A stretch of DNA of 64,000 nucleotides from Mobula hypostoma (lineage: Eukaryota), in NCBI RefSeq assembly GCF_963921235.1, contig NC_086097.1:29390001-29454000 (forward strand). Reading direction: 5' to 3'. A program made the translations under genes and the position numbers. Shown here one piece after another: positions 1 to 64,000 of the stretch. Numbering within the stretch: the stretch's first letter is position 1; each line of letters begins with the position of its first letter. The notes below the pieces were generated by a model. That model saw only the letters and a program-made list of their open reading frames with translations. It ran no database searches and was not told the origin of the DNA.

Positions 1-1433
1 AGGCAGCGCGCTAAAAAAAGCAGCACACACCCCGAGCAGCCACTCTCCCCCGGATTCGGAACTGCATTCTCGCCAGCATTGCTTAAACACGTGCCTGTGA
101 GCAGCCGTTTGCAAGAGGAGTTCTAAGGTATCGGAAAAGTCTATGGGAAAAGACTAAAGGTGTTACACTTAGCGTAAAACTAGACATAATTAAGCGTTTC
201 GATCGTAGTGAACGAAGGACGGACAAAGTGAGTTCGGCTTGTGGAAGTTGACGAAAATGATGTTGAAGAGGTTTTGGCATCCCATGACTAAGAACTGATA
301 GATGAAGAGCTGATGCAATTGGAAGAGAAAAGGATAACAATCGAAACCGAATGCAGTAGCGAACAGACTGAAAGTGAAGTCGTCCAGGAACAGAACGTGA
401 AGCAACTGCATGAGATTTTCGCTGCAATGAAAAAGTACAACTTTAATTTTGAAAGGGTATGTTGGTTTAGGGCATATTTGCAAGATGGTTTGAGTCCTTA
501 CAAAGAACTGTATGATACAAAAATGCACGAGGCTAAGCAGTCAAGCAAGCCTTCCACATCAGACGACGAACCTCGACTTTCGACATCGAGGCAGGCAGAC
601 GTGGAAGAAGATGACCTGCCTGCCCTGATGGAAACAAACCACCCTAACCCCTGGGCTGCGGAGAATGCAGCGGTAGCTGGGATGCACCCAACACACCTTT
701 AAGAAAAAAAGCCGAAATAAGCAAGCTAATTAGGTGCCACCCGGCACGTAAATGTCGGCCCAGATCAGAGGCGATTGCCGATTGCGTTGCCTCTGATCTG
801 GGCCGACATTTATGTGCCGGGCGGCACCTAATTAATTAGTTTGTTTATTTCAGCTTTTTTCTTAAAGATGTGCTGGGTGTGTCCCGGCTACCGCTGCACG
901 CTCCGCGGATCGGTATCAGTTTGCTGCCCAGAAGGTGGGGACCACTGCACCACCCCAACCTCCGACGACTCAGCCTAACACACCATCAGTGTGCTCGGCG
1001 CTGTCTTCCCAATTCCGGTAAGTGATACTACATTGTACATACATTATTTCTACTTTAGATCGGCCGTGTATTTTTATGTGTTATTTGGTATGATTTAGCA
1101 GCTTCATAGCTTAAGGGTTACTGGAGAGGGTGTTTCTGCCAGGAGCGCTTGTGTGAGATTTTCGCTACAGAGAACAGTGCGGCAATGATTGTAGAGAAGT
1201 ATTTCTATTTTATACAGGCTGTGTATCTATCATATCACTCCTGCTTTTATTATATGTAAATGTTATTTTAGGTTTTATGTGTTATTTGGCATGATTTGGT
1301 AGGTTATTTTTGGGTCTGAGAATGCTCACAAATTTTTCCCATATAAATAAATGGTAATTGCTTCTTCGCTTTACAACATTCCGGCTTACGAACCGTTTCA
1401 TAGGAATGCTCATAGGATGGCGGGGGAAACCTG
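1..1433 (+). mobile_element. Non-autonomous Tigger/pogo-like DNA transposon, family A copy 1 (left end outside window)
   Basis: Ends GGGGAAACCTG|TA; co-linear with the copies at 37357 and 54023; remnant of the transposase C-terminus (ORF 313-702). Confidence 0.85.
666..898. repeat. Long imperfect inverted repeat (arms about 110 bp) inside Tigger-like copy 1
   Basis: tgcagcggtagc...aaatgtcggcccagatcagaggc, short loop, gcctctgatctgggccgacattt...gctaccgctgca. Confidence 0.93.
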
Positions 1434-3021
1434 TATAAATTAACCTTTCCAGAACATGGATGTACTAGATAAACACTCTATATTAGAACTCAAATATTTG
1501 GCTTTTATATACACTCAATTTAAAAAAAAATCAAGAAGGTAGAAAAATATGAATATGCATCCCGAAAAGAGCAGCAATTTTGGCATTATCATGGAAATCC
1601 CGATGTTGTCACTGATTCCGTCTTTGTTCACAGGCTGTGCTAGTATCAATCAAGAAAATCAGTTAAGTTGATGACTTAGAGACTAGTCTCAACCAAAGTT
1701 ATCGCACAAGGTCAGTGAGGTTTATCAACAATCTGGCATAATCACTGGCTACGATTAGTCATAAAACTTCATTTTAATATGCATGTGTTCATGTATACTA
1801 TTTTGGGAAACAGTAAAAATTCCAGTTGTTAGTTCACACTCTATAAAATGCTTAAAATAATTAAAATGGTGCCGTCTCTGGTCTTGGTTTAGTGTTTGTA
1901 AGGATTTGTTAAGGGGATTGGCTGTTTAGCTTGCTCGATGACACCACTGTCTGAAGACTAAGGATTTGCATGAACTGATGCCTAACAGCAACGGACAATG
2001 GAAAAGGTTTTTACAACAAGTCAGTGGCAGGCACTACTGCTCTACCACTAATCACAGGATACAGATCATTAGGTGGCGAGATTTTTTGAAAAATGGGCAA
2101 GGAACTTGAGAACAAACAGGCACACCAAACGCTAGATTCAATTAGATCATAAGTGGGAGAAACAACTCTGTCTACAGATTGATTTGCCTTTGACGTTGAC
2201 ATCTTATAAAAGAGATATATCAGAAGATTAAATTTAATATCCATAAGACATAAGAGCAGAATTAGGCCAGTCTATCAAGTCTGTTCCAAGCACGGCTGGT
2301 TTATTTTCCATCTCAAACTCATTCTCCTGCCTTCTCCCCACAACCTTTCATGCCCTTACTAATCAAGAATTTATAAACCTTCATTTTAAAGATACCCATT
2401 GCCATCTGTGGCAACGAATTTCAGATTCACCACCCTGTGACTAAAGAAATTCCTCCTCATCTCTTCTGTTTGGTCTTGAAAATGAAAATGATTCAAAATC
2501 AGAAGTAGTTCCTTTTAAATTTAATACACCAAATGCCCTCCTTATATTCCAGTTTAGCACTTCTCACTAAGGCAAGAGACTGTGGGTTGAAGTTTCAATT
2601 CAAAGATGTACACAATGCAATATCCGACTTTGTGTAACACTGAGGAAGTATTAGGTTGTACAAGGGACATTTTACAAATGTGAAGTTTAATACAGGTCCT
2701 AATCCCAAAGTTTTGAAGAGCAGTATAGTTTGCCATGTATCAATGCAGGCTTGTTGGTCTGGAAGTGCGTGTTACCGTGCTGTCTCTCAAAGTAAATAAA
2801 ACACTTATTCCTCAAGCAAAATGAACAGAAGAGATTACCTGGTTACCATATTGTTGTTTATGGGACATTGTTATGTGCAAGTTGGCCGCTGCATTATGAA
2901 CATTACAAGGTACAATATTGTACAAATACTTCATTAGTTATATAGTACTTTGGAACATCCCAGATTATAAACAATACCATACAATTTCCAGTCTTCCTTT
3001 CTGTAGCAAACACACACACAC

Positions 3022-63955
<60,934 letters not shown>

Positions 63956-64000
63956 CTGTCAAAATAGAACAAGGTTTGGGAATGTCAATCACAGTGCATT

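Noticed and set aside
3010..3021. (CA)n at the exon 20 donor as a regulatory microsatellite
   Set aside because: Only about 6 units, with no evidence beyond being part of the GTGTGT donor.
1434..3021. DICER1 exon 21 (RNase IIIa region)
   Set aside because: No Dicer-like reading frame found; the next exon must lie beyond position 1.

Overview
Vertebrate genomic DNA, probably a cartilaginous fish (inferred from the CR1, Rex1/Babar, V-SINE and Penelope repeat mix; not verifiable here). The whole window lies inside DICER1 on the minus strand. Sixteen consecutive coding exons (63955 down to 3022; 2834 nt, about 944 codons) have canonical GT/AG ends and consistent phases. They encode the helicase from just before the DECH motif, DUF283, platform, PAZ and connector. 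Exon numbers 5-20 follow my recollection of human DICER1. The introns are filled with transposons. Main observations: (1) a full-length LINE-1 nested in ORF2 of a near-identical full-length LINE-1, both with TSDs, whose ORF1 amino-acid differences are confined to the N-terminal coiled coil; (2) two LTR-like copies in DICER1 sense orientation, each with a strong splice donor, suggesting a possible LTR-driven helicase-truncated Dicer isoform; (3) a TSD-flanked Penelope fragment carrying a core-intact minimal hammerhead ribozyme on the DICER1 sense strand; (4) a LINE tail with AATAAA inserted at the exon 11 acceptor; (5) long hairpins in Tigger-like elements; (6) a 48-bp minisatellite inside a non-autonomous retroelement. 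Boundaries of degraded elements are approximate, and all functional consequences are hypotheses.
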